From NCBI GenBank assembly GCA_963745235.1, contig CAVUXE010000037.1, forward strand, positions 32,001 through 96,000: a DNA stretch of 64,000 nucleotides, in the 5' to 3' direction. Positions within the stretch are counted from its first letter, which is position 1, and every line of letters starts with the position of its first letter. The position numbers and the translations under genes are program-made. The notes beneath the pieces are model-generated. The model was not told the origin of the DNA. It was given only the letters and a program-made list of their open reading frames with translations, and searched no databases. The DNA is from an uncultured Spirochaetota bacterium. Lineage in GTDB: Bacteria > Spirochaetota > Spirochaetia > SZUA-6 > Fen-1364. Positions 28,865 through 40,079 of the stretch are shown piece after piece.

Positions 28865-30102
28865 TCCTTGTACTCCCTGAACACCACGATGGCGTTGTGG
28901 CCCCCGAAGCCCAGCGCATTGGACATTGCAGCTCGGATCCGTCCGCCGTAGCCCTTGTGCGGCACGTAGTCCAGGTCGCACTCCGGATCAGGGTTGTCCA
29001 GGTTGCGGGTGGGCGGGAAGAACTGGTCCTCCATGGCCTTCACCGTCACGATTGCCTCTATTCCACCCGCAGCCCCCAGCAGGTGGCCGGTCATGGACTT
29101 GGTGGATGACACCTTCAGCTTTTGCGCGTGCTCCTTGAAGACGGCCTTGATGACCCGGGTCTCGATGGGATCATTGATCTGGGTCGATGTCCCGTGCGCG
29201 TTGATGTAGTCTATCTCCTCGGGAGCAAGACCCGCGGACTGCAGGGCAATGAGCATGGCCTTGATTGCTCCTCGACCTTCGGGATGGGGAGCGGTGAGGT
29301 GGTTCGCGTCACAGGTGGCTCCGTAGCCCACCATCTCCGCGAGAATCCGCGCGCCCCGGGCGCGGGCATGCTCGAGCTCCTCCAGCACGAGGACCCCGGC
29401 TCCCTCCGCCATGATGAATCCGTCCCGGTCCCGATCGAAGGGACGGCTCGCCTTGTCCGGTTCATCGTTTCGCGTGCTGACCGCCTGCAGGGAGCAGAAG
29501 CCCGAGAAGCCCAGCCCCGTGAGCGGGGCCTCCGTGCCGCCCGCCAGCATCACGTCCGCGTCTCCGGAGAGTATCAGGCGCCAGGCGTCCCCCAGGGCGT
29601 CGTTCGACGAGGCGCACGCGGTGACAACGCACCGGCACGGCCCAAAGGCCTTGAACCGGATGGCCACGTTGCCCGGGGCCTCGTTGGCAATCATCATGGG
29701 CACAAACAGGGGATGCACTGATTTCGGACCCTTCTCGAAGATGCGACGGCACTGCGACTCCAGCGTCTCGATTCCGCCGATGCCGTTGCCCAGGACGATG
29801 CCGAAACGCTCGGGGTCCGTGTCTCCCACGGCGAGCTTTGCGTCGCTCATGGCTTCCAGGGAGGCCACCATGGCGAACTGCGTGAAGCGGTCCATGCGGC
29901 GCGCTTCCTTCGCCTCCAGGAGCTTCTCCGGAACGAAGTTCTTCACCTCTCCCGCCACCTTGGAGGAATACCCGTTGGACTCGAAGCGGGTGAGCTTGTC
30001 GATCCCGTTCTCTCCCGCCTTGATTGCCTTCCAGAAATCTTTCACGTTGTTGCCGAGGGGATTCACCGTCCCCATGCCGGTCACGACAACCCTTCTCTTC
30101 AT
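28861..30102 (-). CDS. fabF: 3-oxoacyl-ACP synthase II
   Basis: RRVVVTGMG, TACASS, NAHGTST, STKSMTGHLLGAAG. Confidence 0.95.
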   Translation of the reverse strand: MKRRVVVTGMGTVNPLGNNVKDFWKAIKAGENGIDKLTRFESNGYSSKVAGEVKNFVPEKLLEAKEARRMDRFTQFAMVASLEAMSDAKLAVGDTDPERFGIVLGNGIGGIETLESQCRRIFEKGPKSVHPLFVPMMIANEAPGNVAIRFKAFGPCRCVVTACASSNDALGDAWRLILSGDADVMLAGGTEAPLTGLGFSGFCSLQAVSTRNDEPDKASRPFDRDRDGFIMAEGAGVLVLEELEHARARGARILAEMVGYGATCDANHLTAPHPEGRGAIKAMLIALQSAGLAPEEIDYINAHGTSTQINDPIETRVIKAVFKEHAQKLKVSSTKSMTGHLLGAAGGIEAIVTVKAMEDQFFPPTRNLDNPDPECDLDYVPHKGYGGRIRAAMSNALGFGGHNAIVVFREYKD

Positions 30103-30116
30103 ACTGTCTCCTTGTA

Positions 30117-30857
30117 TTACATGCACAGCCCGCCATCAACGGGGAACACCTGCCCCGTGATGTACGCGGCCTTGTCGGAGGCAAGGAATGCCGCGAGCGC
30201 GGCCACGTCCTCCGGTACGCCGGGCCTCCCCAGGGGGATCTGAGAGAGCAGCGCTGAGCGCGCCTTCTCCGGGAGCGCCTTCGTCATATCGGTCTCCACA
30301 AAACCCGGCGCAATGGCGTTCACCCGAACCCCGCGGGAAGCAACTTCGCGGGCCAGGCTCTTGGAAAGGCCGATCAGTCCGGCCTTGGATGCCGAATAGT
30401 TGGTCTGTCCCGCGTTCCCCATGATTCCGGTCACGGAAGAGATATTCACGATGGAGCCGGCCCTCTGCTTGATCATGAAGCGGGCCAGGAGGCGCGACGC
30501 GAAGAATGCCGCCGTCAGGTTGGCGCTCAAGACCGCGTTCCAATCCGCGCTGGACATGCGGAAGATCAGCCCGTCCCGCGTGATGCCGGCATTGTTGACC
30601 AGGACTTCAATGGTCCCCGCTTCCGCAACGATCTTCTCCAGCGCGCCGACGATCTCTGGTTCCGCCGTGACGTCCGCCTGTCTCCAGACAAAAAGGCCGC
30701 CGTCACGGGCCAGGGCGGAAAGCTCCGCCGCGTTCTCCGGCTCCTTGCGGGACACGGCGTAGACGGTGGCTCCTTCCCGAAGGAACTCGCGCACGATGGC
30801 GTTCCCGATGCCGCGTGAGCCTCCCGTGACGATGGCTCTTTTCCCCTCGAGGAGCAT
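30117..30857 (-). CDS. fabG: 3-oxoacyl-ACP reductase
   Basis: VTGGSRGIG, NNAGITRD, NYSASKAG. Confidence 0.95.
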   Translation of the reverse strand: MLLEGKRAIVTGGSRGIGNAIVREFLREGATVYAVSRKEPENAAELSALARDGGLFVWRQADVTAEPEIVGALEKIVAEAGTIEVLVNNAGITRDGLIFRMSSADWNAVLSANLTAAFFASRLLARFMIKQRAGSIVNISSVTGIMGNAGQTNYSASKAGLIGLSKSLAREVASRGVRVNAIAPGFVETDMTKALPEKARSALLSQIPLGRPGVPEDVAALAAFLASDKAAYITGQVFPVDGGLCM

Positions 30858-31795
30858 CAATTTCCCCCTGCGGCCTTCGCGATGCTCTGGACGGTCCCTG
30901 CCGGATGGCAAACCGCCTCCGGCTGAAGCGCCCTCATCAGGCCAGTGAGCACCGTCCCCGGCCCGGTCTCGAAAAACCTGTCGAACCCGTCCGCGAAGAG
31001 GCTCTGCTCCACTCCGGCCCAGCGCACCGGTGATACCACCTGTTCTCCGCACAGGCGGCGGGCTTCGCTTCCGCTCGTGATGGCCCGGCCCGTCACGTTG
31101 GAATAGACAGGCACCCGCGGGTCGGAGAATGAGTACCCCGCCAGGGCTTCATCGAAAGCCCGGCGCGCCTCCTTCATGAGCGGTGAATGGAACGGACCGG
31201 AGACCGAAAGCCTCACGAACCGCCTGGCCCCGGCCTCTTTGAGGGCCTTTTCAGCCTCAGCGAGGCCCGCGGCGGTGCCTGAGACAACAACCTGCGAGGG
31301 GCTGTTGTGGTTGGCAAGAAAAACCCCCGCTCCTGCCAGTCCCCCCATGACCGCGGTGACCTTTTCAGAGGGGAGGCCGAGCACGGCCGCCATTCCCGGC
31401 GCGCCCGAGGCCGCATCAAGCGACCGGGCTGCCTTCTCCATGAACATACCGCGCATCTTCACGATTGGGAATACGTCCTGCAGGCTGATCACCCCCGCTT
31501 CGCACAGGGCGGCGTATTCGCCGAGGCTGAAGCCCGCGCAGCCCTGGAGAGCCATTCCGGCTTCCTGCAAGGCAAGGCTGGCCGCGAGGTTCGCCAGGGT
31601 GATTGCAATCTGCGTCTTGTCCGTTGCTTTCAGCTCGTCCTCATTGGATTCGAAGAGGAGCTTCTGTACATCGGCTTCCGATGCATCGGACGCCTTTGCA
31701 AAAAGCTCCTTCACCGAGGGGAGCCGTTCCCACAGATCTCTTGCCATGCCTGGATATTGGCTGCCCTGACCGGGGAAGAGAAAGCAGTTCTTCAT
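30857..31795 (-). CDS. fabD: Malonyl-CoA:ACP transacylase
   Basis: LFPGQGSQ, GFSLGEY, SGPFHS. Confidence 0.95.
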   Translation of the reverse strand: MKNCFLFPGQGSQYPGMARDLWERLPSVKELFAKASDASEADVQKLLFESNEDELKATDKTQIAITLANLAASLALQEAGMALQGCAGFSLGEYAALCEAGVISLQDVFPIVKMRGMFMEKAARSLDAASGAPGMAAVLGLPSEKVTAVMGGLAGAGVFLANHNSPSQVVVSGTAAGLAEAEKALKEAGARRFVRLSVSGPFHSPLMKEARRAFDEALAGYSFSDPRVPVYSNVTGRAITSGSEARRLCGEQVVSPVRWAGVEQSLFADGFDRFFETGPGTVLTGLMRALQPEAVCHPAGTVQSIAKAAGGN

Positions 31796-31971
31796 GTAGC
31801 GGCAAAAATACCATGTAGGGGGATGGTGGTCAAGACGAGCCACTGAAACGCAGCTAATTATTTATGAGGATTGAAAATCGGTAAACATGATCGGATTAGA
31901 CTAGTATTTTCGGAAATTCCGCCTATTGACCCGATTTCTTGAATAAGATTACTATTTGGCGGAGCCCACAA

Positions 31972-32958
31972 ATGCGAGCTGTCATTCAAGCTGTAGACTT
32001 TGCAGTTCCCGAGCGAAGAATCACCAACAATGAGCTTGCCACAACGCTCGACACATCGGATGAATGGATCAGGTCACACACGGGTATCGGGTCCCGCCAC
32101 ATTGCAGAGCCCTCTCTCGTCACGTCGGACCTGGCCTTTGAAGCATGCCAGAAGGTCCTGAAAAGGGCCGGAGTAGCCGCGGCAGAGATAGATCTCGTGC
32201 TTGTGGCCACGATTTCCGGTGACTTTCTCGGGTTTCCTTCGGTATCCTGCATCGTCCAGGATCGCCTCGGCGCAGTGTCAGCCGCCGCCATGGACATTGG
32301 CGCGGGATGCACGGGCTTCATTTATGGGCTGGAGACCGCGCGCAGCTTCATCCTGGCGGGGAGCGCAAAGAAAGTCCTGGTTGTCGGCGTTGAGATGCTG
32401 AGCAGGATCATCGACTGGAAAGACAGGAATACGTGCGTGCTCTTCGGTGACGGAGCGGGCGCGGCCCTTGTCACGGCGGAGAACGGGGACGGAAATCGAG
32501 GCATCCTGTCCTCCGTGCTGCGCTCGGACGGTTCCGGCGCCCAGCTCCTGGATCGGCCTGCCGGCGGATCACGCCTGCCCATCACGGATGAGGCATTCGA
32601 TCCAGCGGCCTCCTTCCTGCACATGGATGGACGGCAGGTCTACAACTTCGCGGTGAAGGTTGTCTCCGAGGGGATCGTTGACCTGATGGAAAGGAACAAA
32701 GTCTGCCTGAACGATGTGGCATGGATCGTGCCCCACCAGGCGAATGTCCGCATCATTGAGGCGGCAAGCAAGCGTTCCAAGATCCCGCTGTCGAAGTTTT
32801 TCGTCAATATCGAGGAGTACGCCAATACCTCGGCGGCCTCCATCCCCATTGCCCTCTCCGAGATGCAGGCCAAGGGCCTGGTGAAGCAGGGGGACCTGCT
32901 CGTCACCTTCGGCTTCGGCGCCGGTCTTACCTACGGCGGGAACTTGATCAGGTGGTAG
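31972..32958 (+). CDS. fabH: 3-oxoacyl-ACP synthase III
   Basis: DTSDEWI, AGCTGF, LFGDGAGA, PHQAN, ANTSAASIP. Confidence 0.95.
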   Translation: MRAVIQAVDFAVPERRITNNELATTLDTSDEWIRSHTGIGSRHIAEPSLVTSDLAFEACQKVLKRAGVAAAEIDLVLVATISGDFLGFPSVSCIVQDRLGAVSAAAMDIGAGCTGFIYGLETARSFILAGSAKKVLVVGVEMLSRIIDWKDRNTCVLFGDGAGAALVTAENGDGNRGILSSVLRSDGSGAQLLDRPAGGSRLPITDEAFDPAASFLHMDGRQVYNFAVKVVSEGIVDLMERNKVCLNDVAWIVPHQANVRIIEAASKRSKIPLSKFFVNIEEYANTSAASIPIALSEMQAKGLVKQGDLLVTFGFGAGLTYGGNLIRW

Positions 32959-32985
32959 CCCAGGCCCGCCCGGCGGGTCCTGGCT

Positions 32986-33318
32986 TCAGCTTTCCTTCCC
33001 GACACCGATCACCGCGTCAATGGGGAGCACAAACGCGATGCCCTTCCCCTCCTGGTGCGAGCAGCCCAGGATCTTGTCCAGGACCTCCAGGCTTTCGCGG
33101 GCCTGGGCTTCCCCGATCACCGAAAAGATGATGTTGTTCCGCGGCCTCGCGGAGCGGAAGAGGTTGCGCATGCCGGCGAACAGCGGGACGTCTTCGATGA
33201 TGTGGCCCATGCCGATGGAATCCACCACGGTGGCGCCCGTAATCCCCGTCTCGATGAGCCCTTCCAGGACCTGCTCCAGCATCTCGGTGGCGTTGAGCAC
33301 AATGACGAGGAGCTTCAT
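32986..33318 (-). CDS. P-II-like signalling protein
   Basis: GITGATVVDSIGMG, GKGIAFVLPID. Confidence 0.75.
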   Translation of the reverse strand: MKLLVIVLNATEMLEQVLEGLIETGITGATVVDSIGMGHIIEDVPLFAGMRNLFRSARPRNNIIFSVIGEAQARESLEVLDKILGCSHQEGKGIAFVLPIDAVIGVGKES

Positions 33319-33785
33319 CAGATCTTCGCCTCCTCTTCGGTGAACACCCTGACCATGTCCTGGACAGACCCCGCGGAGACGATCTTCTCGATGAACGCCG
33401 TGCTCTTGATGAGCCGGGCGATGCGCGCCAGCGCCTTCAGGTGAAGGCTGTGCTCCTGGCGGTTGCCCATGAGGAGAAAGACCACCTGCGTGGGCTTGCC
33501 GTCGAAGGAGTCGAACTCCAGGCCGCCCGGGGCGCGCCCGACAATGATGACCAGGTCCGGGATCTCATCCGTAAAGCAGTGCGGTATGGCGATCCTGTTT
33601 CCCACGGCCGTGGTCTGGATGTTCTCCCGCTCCATGAGCTTCGAGAAGACCTGGTCCTCATCCTTGATCAGGCCCTTGACCGCGGCTTCGTGGACGATTC
33701 TGCGCAGCGCCTCCTCACGGGAGGTGTCCGTGAGATCATGAAGGAAGCACTCGGGACGAATATAGCGGGTGAGCTTCATCGCCAT
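33318..33785 (-). CDS. PTS EIIA (PtsN/fructose-type) domain protein
   Basis: ERE...TTAVGNRIAIPHC, FDSFDGKP, HLKALARIARL. Confidence 0.85.
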   Translation of the reverse strand: MAMKLTRYIRPECFLHDLTDTSREEALRRIVHEAAVKGLIKDEDQVFSKLMERENIQTTAVGNRIAIPHCFTDEIPDLVIIVGRAPGGLEFDSFDGKPTQVVFLLMGNRQEHSLHLKALARIARLIKSTAFIEKIVSAGSVQDMVRVFTEEEAKI

Positions 33786-33817
33786 GTCTGGGAGTGAATA
33801 CCGGATGAAACCGACTG

Positions 33818-34903
33818 TCAACGCTGCCCGTGAGCTCCGCGGGCGTAGGCCTCCTGGACGAGCACGCAGTCAGCGAGAACCAGGGCCATCATGGCCTCCA
33901 GGACGGGAATTGCGCGGGGCACGATGCACGGGTCGTGCCGGCCTCCGATCTGGATGGTGGTGGGCGCGCCGCGCGCGTCGACCGCCTTCTGGGGAAGGGA
34001 AATGGAGGCAGGCGGACGGATGGCCGCCCGCACCACGATGTCCCCCCCGGTGGAGATCCCACCCGCTATCCCCCCGGCGTTGTTCGTTCGCGTGAGCATG
34101 CGGCCATCCCGCAGGTAGGGCTCGTCGTTGTACACTGACCCGCGCATGCGGGAGACTGCGAAGCCGGCGCCCACCTCCACGCCGCGCACTGCCCCGACGG
34201 ACATGAGCGCATGCGCCAGCAGGGCCTCGAGCTTGTCGAAGACGGGGTCCCCCAACCCGGGCGGACACCCGGTGGCAACCACCTCCGCAATCCCGCCCAC
34301 GGAGTCCCCGGCTGCCTTGGCCTCCTCTATCGCCTTTACCATCAGGAGCGCGGCTTCGCTGTCCGGGGCCCGCGCCGGGTTGCGCTCGATCTCCGCGGGG
34401 TCCACGCGGGTGGCCCGCACCCCGCCGATCTCCAGGCTGTAGCCCAGGATGGAGATCCCGCGGGTGGCAAGGACCTTCTTTGCGATGGCCCCCGCGGCGA
34501 CGCGGGCGGCGGTCTCTCTCCCGGAAGAGCGCCCTCCTCCCCGCCAGTCACGGACGCCGTACTTGGCCCGGTAGGTCTAGTCGGCGTGGCCAGGACGGAA
34601 AACGTCTTTCAGCTGCTCGTAGTCGGAGCTCTTCTTCTCCTCGTTCCTGATCAGGAGAGAAATCGGCGTGCCCATGGTGAGGCCTTCGAATACGCCGGAG
34701 AGGATCTCCACCCGGTCCTTCTCCGAGCGCGGCGTGGTGATGGCGCTCTGGCCCGGGCGGCGCCTGTTCAGCTCCGCCTGAATGTCTTCAGCCTCCAGCG
34801 CTATTCCCGCGGGAACGCCGTCCACGATGACCCCGATTGCCGGCCCGTGGCTTTCCCCGAACGTCGTGACTGAGAACAGGCGACCGAATGAGCTGCCCGG
34901 CAC
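33818..34903 (-). CDS. aroC: Chorismate synthase (in-frame TAG at 34577-34579)
   Basis: [39 protein letters not shown]; both halves share one frame. Confidence 0.9.
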
Positions 34904-35396
34904 GAATCCTCCCTGCCGCGGTAGAGAACCGCGGCGTTCTAACGGCGCGCGTGATGAGGTGCGTCTTGATGGCGTCCACCCACTGCTCGGGATACAGGAG
35001 CCTGATGGAAATGCCGTCCTCTTTGCCCGAGGTGTTGAGGAACCTCACCACGATGCGATGTCCCCGTGGACCTCTCTGCAGCTCCGAGACGCCGATCCAG
35101 GATATGGACGGGCCCGGCACGAACAGCTCCCGGTTTCCCACCCAGGAGTGGAAGTACAGACCCGTGGAGAGAAGCATGAGCACCCCGAGGCTGCCCAGGG
35201 GGGCGTGGCCGCTGCCGTTGCCATTGCTCGCCCCCACGCGCGCACCGGTGGCAAGCAGCATTGCCTCCCTGCCGAGCTCCGACTCGACGTGGCGGAGAAT
35301 GCGGCGCCGGACGAACAGGAACCCGCAGGCCAGGCCCACGATGGCAGTGCCGAAAAGAAGGCCGATCCACTCCAGCGCGGCGTAGAGGTTCTCCAT
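34788..35396 (-). CDS. Hypothetical membrane-anchored protein (3' end uncertain)
   Basis: N-terminal TM; overlap with aroC suggests an indel near its end. Confidence 0.45.
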   Translation of the reverse strand: MENLYAALEWIGLLFGTAIVGLACGFLFVRRRILRHVESELGREAMLLATGARVGASNGNGSGHAPLGSLGVLMLLSTGLYFHSWVGNRELFVPGPSISWIGVSELQRGPRGHRIVVRFLNTSGKEDGISIRLLYPEQWVDAIKTHLITRAVRTPRFSTAAGRIRAGQLIRSPVLSHDVRGKPRAGNRGHRGRRSRGNSAGG

Positions 35397-35489
35397 GGTT
35401 CAAAGGACAAAGTACAGAAATCATTGTCGCTCATCAAGACGCGATGACGTTCTTGACGGCCGCGCTCCGTTCCCTCATGCTTTGCCCGC

Positions 35490-36684
35490 ATGAAGCGGCT
35501 CGCGGCCTTTTTCTCTGCCCTGCTCATTCTCTCCTGCTCGCGTCCCGGCACCGGTGCGCAGATTTCCACCGTGGACCTCGTGCCCTCCCGGGAGCGGGTG
35601 TTCATGCGAAGCGACTCCGAGCAGGTTGTCACCAGCTGGCTTCCCCTCGGGCTGTCGTACCCTTCGGCCAGAAGCTCCATTCTCTACGGGCTTGTGATCA
35701 TGGAGGCGCCCCTTCTGGATGCGCAGCACAAGCCGACGGGTCAGGCCCTCCGGCGCGGGTCCCGCGTGACGGTGGTTGATTCCACGGAGTGGGAGTCCAT
35801 GGGCGCGGGAATACGGGAGATGGTATCGAGTCCACCCCGAGGGCTCCGGCGGGGACGGCTGGCTAGATTCGCGCAACGTCGCCCTCATCACGACGGCCAA
35901 GGGTGCGCTCAGCTGCGGATTCCTCGAAAGGAAGATCGGCATTGCCGGCGGTGATTCGGTCTACAACCTCCTCGTGCTCTGTGACGGCAGCGCCGTGTCC
36001 CTGGTGGACACCAGTGCCCTGGTATTCCCGGATTCCTTCCATCCCTCCGGAGTGACGGGCGTGGCCATTGAGGACGTGAACGGGGACGGAGTGCCTGAGG
36101 TGGTCGTCCAGGCCCAGACCATCGTCTCCCTCCAGTTCCTCGGCTCGTCGCCGCTCAGCTGGGAAGCGTGGCTGCGGGAAAAGGGCGGCTCCTGGGGGGC
36201 CATCTTCCGTTACAACGTGGGCTATGGCACCGACCAGGGCAACTCCTACGCGGCAACCCGGCGCGCCTTTTCCTCCTCCGGCGCCGGCTTCCTTGATACG
36301 GTGAAGGTGACAACGGACATCGTGGAGACAAGCGGCCAGGGGGAGTTCCGCACGACCATTCAGACTTTCTTCCGTTGGAACGGCTCCGTCTACAAGGAAG
36401 ACCCGCGGAGCGAGCTCCCCCAGTCAGGGACGGTTGCCGCGGCAACCGCGGAGCTGCGAGAGCTCCCCGCGGGTAATGGCAAATCCGTCGCGAGGCTGCA
36501 CAAGGGAGATGCCCTCTACGTATTCGATCGGGCGGATACAGAACAGAACGCAGGCGGGAAAACCGGATTCTGGCTCCATGCAACCAGCCGCTCGGGCAGG
36601 GACGGCTGGGTCCATTCATCCGCGGTGACGCTTTCGAAGATCGACCCGCTCAAGATCAACCGCCAGGTGTTCCTGGGCAAATGA
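35490..36684 (+). CDS. SH3b-domain lipoprotein (frameshift near 35800)
   Basis: MKRLAAFFSALLILSC lipobox; WYRV...GWL and FWLHA...DGWV SH3-like motifs. Confidence 0.65.
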
Positions 36685-37626
36685 TTCTGCTCCTGCTTCT
36701 CCTTGGCGGCCTTGCCCTGCCCGGCCCCTGGCGCCGTGGCCGAACCTTCATGGACGCCGACCCGCTATCCTCTCACCGTGACCGACGACAGCGGAACCGC
36801 GGTGACCCTGCCATCGCAGCCGCGGCGGATCATATCGCTCACCCTGCCCACGGATGAGATTCTTCTTTCCCTCGTGGACGCCTCCCGGATCCTGGCCGTG
36901 ACAACGCTCGCGGCGGACCCCGCAATTTCGAACGTTTCAGCGCAGGCGTCACGGATCCCGCGTGCCATGACTCTGAGCGTGGAGCCCATCATCGCCCTGC
37001 ACCCGGACCTCGTGTTCACCGCGAGCTGGAGCGATTCGGGAGCCGTCAGCCAGCTGCGGGAGGCGGGCGTCCCGGTGTACCTGATTGCCAGCGCGACCAC
37101 GGTGGCCGCCGTGGAACAGGTGGTCACGAAATGCGCTCTCCTGACCGGGGAACCGCGGAAGGGCGCGGCGCTCGTTGCGCACATGGAGGAAATCATAGCG
37201 GCGGTGGAAAAAAAAACCGCCTCCATCCCGAGGGAGAAACGCCTGAGCGTCCTGGACTACACCACTTTCGGGGCCTCGATGGGCCGGGGGAGCTCCTGGG
37301 ACGATATCGTCCGCCTTGCGGGACTTGTGAACGCGGCGGCCGCCATCGTCTCCGACGAATGGGGCCAGGTGCCCGTCTCCACGGAGAAGCTTTTGACAGT
37401 GGACCCTGATATCCTGATCCTTCCCGGCTGGGTCTATGGGGACCCTCATGGCGCCACTGCGTTTTTCAGCCGCGTCGTCACCGACCCTGCCCTGCGCGGG
37501 CTTTCCGCCGTGAAAGCCGGCAGGGTATACATGATGCCGGAAAGCCTGCGGGCGTGCACTTCCCAGTACATCGCGGATGCTGTACAGTGGCTTGCCCGCA
37601 CCGCTTACCCTGGGATGTTCCATTGA
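36681..37626 (+). CDS. Cobalamin/iron ABC substrate-binding protein (BtuF-like)
   Basis: YPLTVTDDSG...PRRIISL.LPTDEIL, EPIIALHPDLV; upstream of cobUTS. Confidence 0.8.
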
Positions 37627-37684
37627 CAACCGCCGGATCTTCTATTTCCCGCTTCCACGCCCGCCGCGCTCGAGACAGGCACCC

Positions 37685-38220
37685 ATGCTGATCCTGGTGA
37701 CCGGCGGGAGCCGGAGCGGCAAGTCGGGCTTTGCGCTGGAGACGGCAGGACGCTTCAAGCTCCCCGGGTTTTTCTTGCCACGGCTGAGCCGCACGACGAG
37801 GAAATGAGGCTTCGCATAGAAGCGCACCGCAAAGCCAGGCCCGCGGGCTGGTCCCTGGTGGAAGAGCCGCTCATGGTGGCGCAGGCGCTGCGAGCCGCTG
37901 GTCGCACGGCCGGCTCGGTGGTCGTGGACTGCGTCACCATCTGGATCTCGAATCTCCTTCTGGCTGATCCGGGCTTTGGCGAGACGGAAGCGGCGGCGCG
38001 TGCGCAGGCGCTGGCGGATGCGGCAGGGGAAACACCGGCGGGGGTGATCGTGGTCACGAACGAGGTGGGCAGCGGGATCGTCCCGGATAACGAGCTGGCA
38101 AGGCGCTTTCGCGACTGCGCGGGGAGGGCCAACCAGGTCCTTGCGCGCTCGGCAAGCGAGGTGCATTTCATGGTGAGTGGAATAGCCATGACAATACGGA
38201 AAGGACGGGAAGGGGCATGA
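37685..38220 (+). CDS. cobU: Adenosylcobinamide kinase/guanylyltransferase (frameshift near 37770)
   Basis: LVTGGSRSGKS, DEEM..RI..H, VDCVTIW, TNEVGSGIVP. Confidence 0.88.
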
Positions 38221-39283
38221 ACATGCAGGAGCTGACAGGGATACAGGTCCCGGTGATAGACGAGGCGGGGATGACCCGGGCCTCGGAGCGGATCGACCAT
38301 CTGCTCATGCCCCGGCACGCGCTGGGAAAGCTTCTCGATCTGGGCCGCAAGGTCGCGGGCATCACCGGCTACGACAGGATGGACCTCGGCCGCAAGATGG
38401 TCGTGGTCATGGCGGGGGACCACGGCGTCACGGAGGAAGGGGTGAGCGCGTATCCCTCCGAGGTGACGGCGCAGATGGTCCGCGGCTTTGCCGCGGGGGT
38501 CGCGGGGATCAACGTGCTGTGCAGGCACTCCCGGATCGACGTACGCGTCGTTGACATGGGCGTGAAGGGAGACCTCTCGGACCTCGTTGCAAAAGGCGTC
38601 CTGGTGGACGCGAAGGTCGGCCCCGGCACGCGCAACATGAGACGGGCAGCCGCCATGACGCGCACGGAAGCGATCTCCTGCATCGAGCGCGGGGCAGGCA
38701 TTGCGCGCGGGCTGGCGCAGGAAGGCGTGCGGATGCTCGGCACGGGAGACATGGGAATCGGCAACACCACGCCGTCCACGGCCATCGCCTCGGTGGCCAC
38801 GGGAGCCCCGGTGGCGGAGATTGCGGGCCGCGGGACCGGCGTGGATGACGACGGCCTGAAGCGCAAGATCAGGGTGATCGAGGACAGCATATCGCTCGAA
38901 CCGGCCGTCGCGCTCGGACCCCATCGGGCTCCTGGCGGGAGTCGGGGGCTTCGAGATCGGCGGGATTGCGGGCCTGATCCTGGGAGCCGCGGAGAGCCGC
39001 ATCCCCGTCGGTGATCGACGGGGTGATCTCCACGGCGGGGGCAATGATCGCCTGGCTCCTGGAGCCGCGGATCGCGGACTTCATTTTCGCGGCGCACAGG
39101 TCCGTGGAAAAAGCCCAGTCCTCGATGCTCGCCCTCATGGGGCTGGAGCCCGTCCTGGACCTCGGCATGCGCCTCGGAGAAGGGACGGGATGCGCGCTCG
39201 CCATGCCGATCATCGAGGCCGGGGCCAAGGTCATTCGGCAGATGGCCACCTTCGAGGAAGCGGGCGTGAGCGGCGAGGCGTGA
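38217..39283 (+). CDS. cobT: Nicotinate-nucleotide-DMB phosphoribosyltransferase (frameshifted)
   Basis: [36 protein letters not shown]. Confidence 0.9.
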
Positions 39284-39293
39284 GCCGGCAACC

Positions 39294-40079
39294 GTGATGC
39301 GCGGTTTCTTTTCCGCGATGTCCTTCCTCACGGTGATCCCGTTTCCTCGTTCCGTGAAGGATGAGAACGGCGCGATGTTCGGGGGCTATCCCGCGGCGGG
39401 CCTGGTCATCGGCTGCATTCTTTCCCTGGTCTTCCTTGCCGCGCGTCTCCTGTTCTCCGACGCGCTCACGGCGGTGACGCTGGTGGCAGCCTCCCTGCTT
39501 CTCACCGGGGCGATTCACCTGGACGGGCTCGCGGATTGCGCGGATGCGTTCTACGGCCGGCGTGACAGGGCGGAGACGCTGCGCATTCTCAAGGATCCGA
39601 GGATCGGCACCATGGGAGGGGCGGCCATCGGTCTCTCCCTCCTGGGTCGATACGCAGCGCTCGTCTCGCTTCCCGCGACCGTGGTCCTCCTTGCCCTCCC
39701 CATCGTCTCTGCCTTTTCCCGGACCACCGTCCTCGCAGCCCTGCGGGTTCTCCCCTACGCTCGCGACAAGGGAGGGATCATCAGCGCGGGCCCTTCGGTT
39801 TCCGTCCGCCTCACCGTAGCCGCCGCCTGCGTTGTCCTTGCGGTGGGTGTTCTTCTGCCCATCCCCACCGCGGTCGCGCTGCTTGCCCTGGCGGCCTTCT
39901 GGAGGCTGTCATGGAAGCGGATCGGAGGCTGCACGGGTGACGTGCTGGGAGCATCCATCGAGATTGCGGAGATCGCTTTCCTGGCCGCCCTTGCAGCCAT
40001 GGCTCACGGCGGTGTCGGGCTGGGAGCCTTCTTTCCCCTCGCCCGCCTCATCCTCCCCGGCGCTCCGCTTGTGTCCTGA
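39294..40079 (+). CDS. cobS: Cobalamin synthase
   Basis: [38 protein letters not shown]. Confidence 0.92.
   Translation: MMRGFFSAMSFLTVIPFPRSVKDENGAMFGGYPAAGLVIGCILSLVFLAARLLFSDALTAVTLVAASLLLTGAIHLDGLADCADAFYGRRDRAETLRILKDPRIGTMGGAAIGLSLLGRYAALVSLPATVVLLALPIVSAFSRTTVLAALRVLPYARDKGGIISAGPSVSVRLTVAAACVVLAVGVLLPIPTAVALLALAAFWRLSWKRIGGCTGDVLGASIEIAEIAFLAALAAMAHGGVGLGAFFPLARLILPGAPLVS

Noticed and set aside
31845-31970. FapR-like operator between fabD and fabH
   Set aside because: The region is AT-rich with short palindromes (CGGAAATTCCG), but there is no convincing match to a known operator.
36660-37690. Cobalamin riboswitch before btuF/cobU
   Set aside because: The intergenic gaps are too short and no B12-box is visible.
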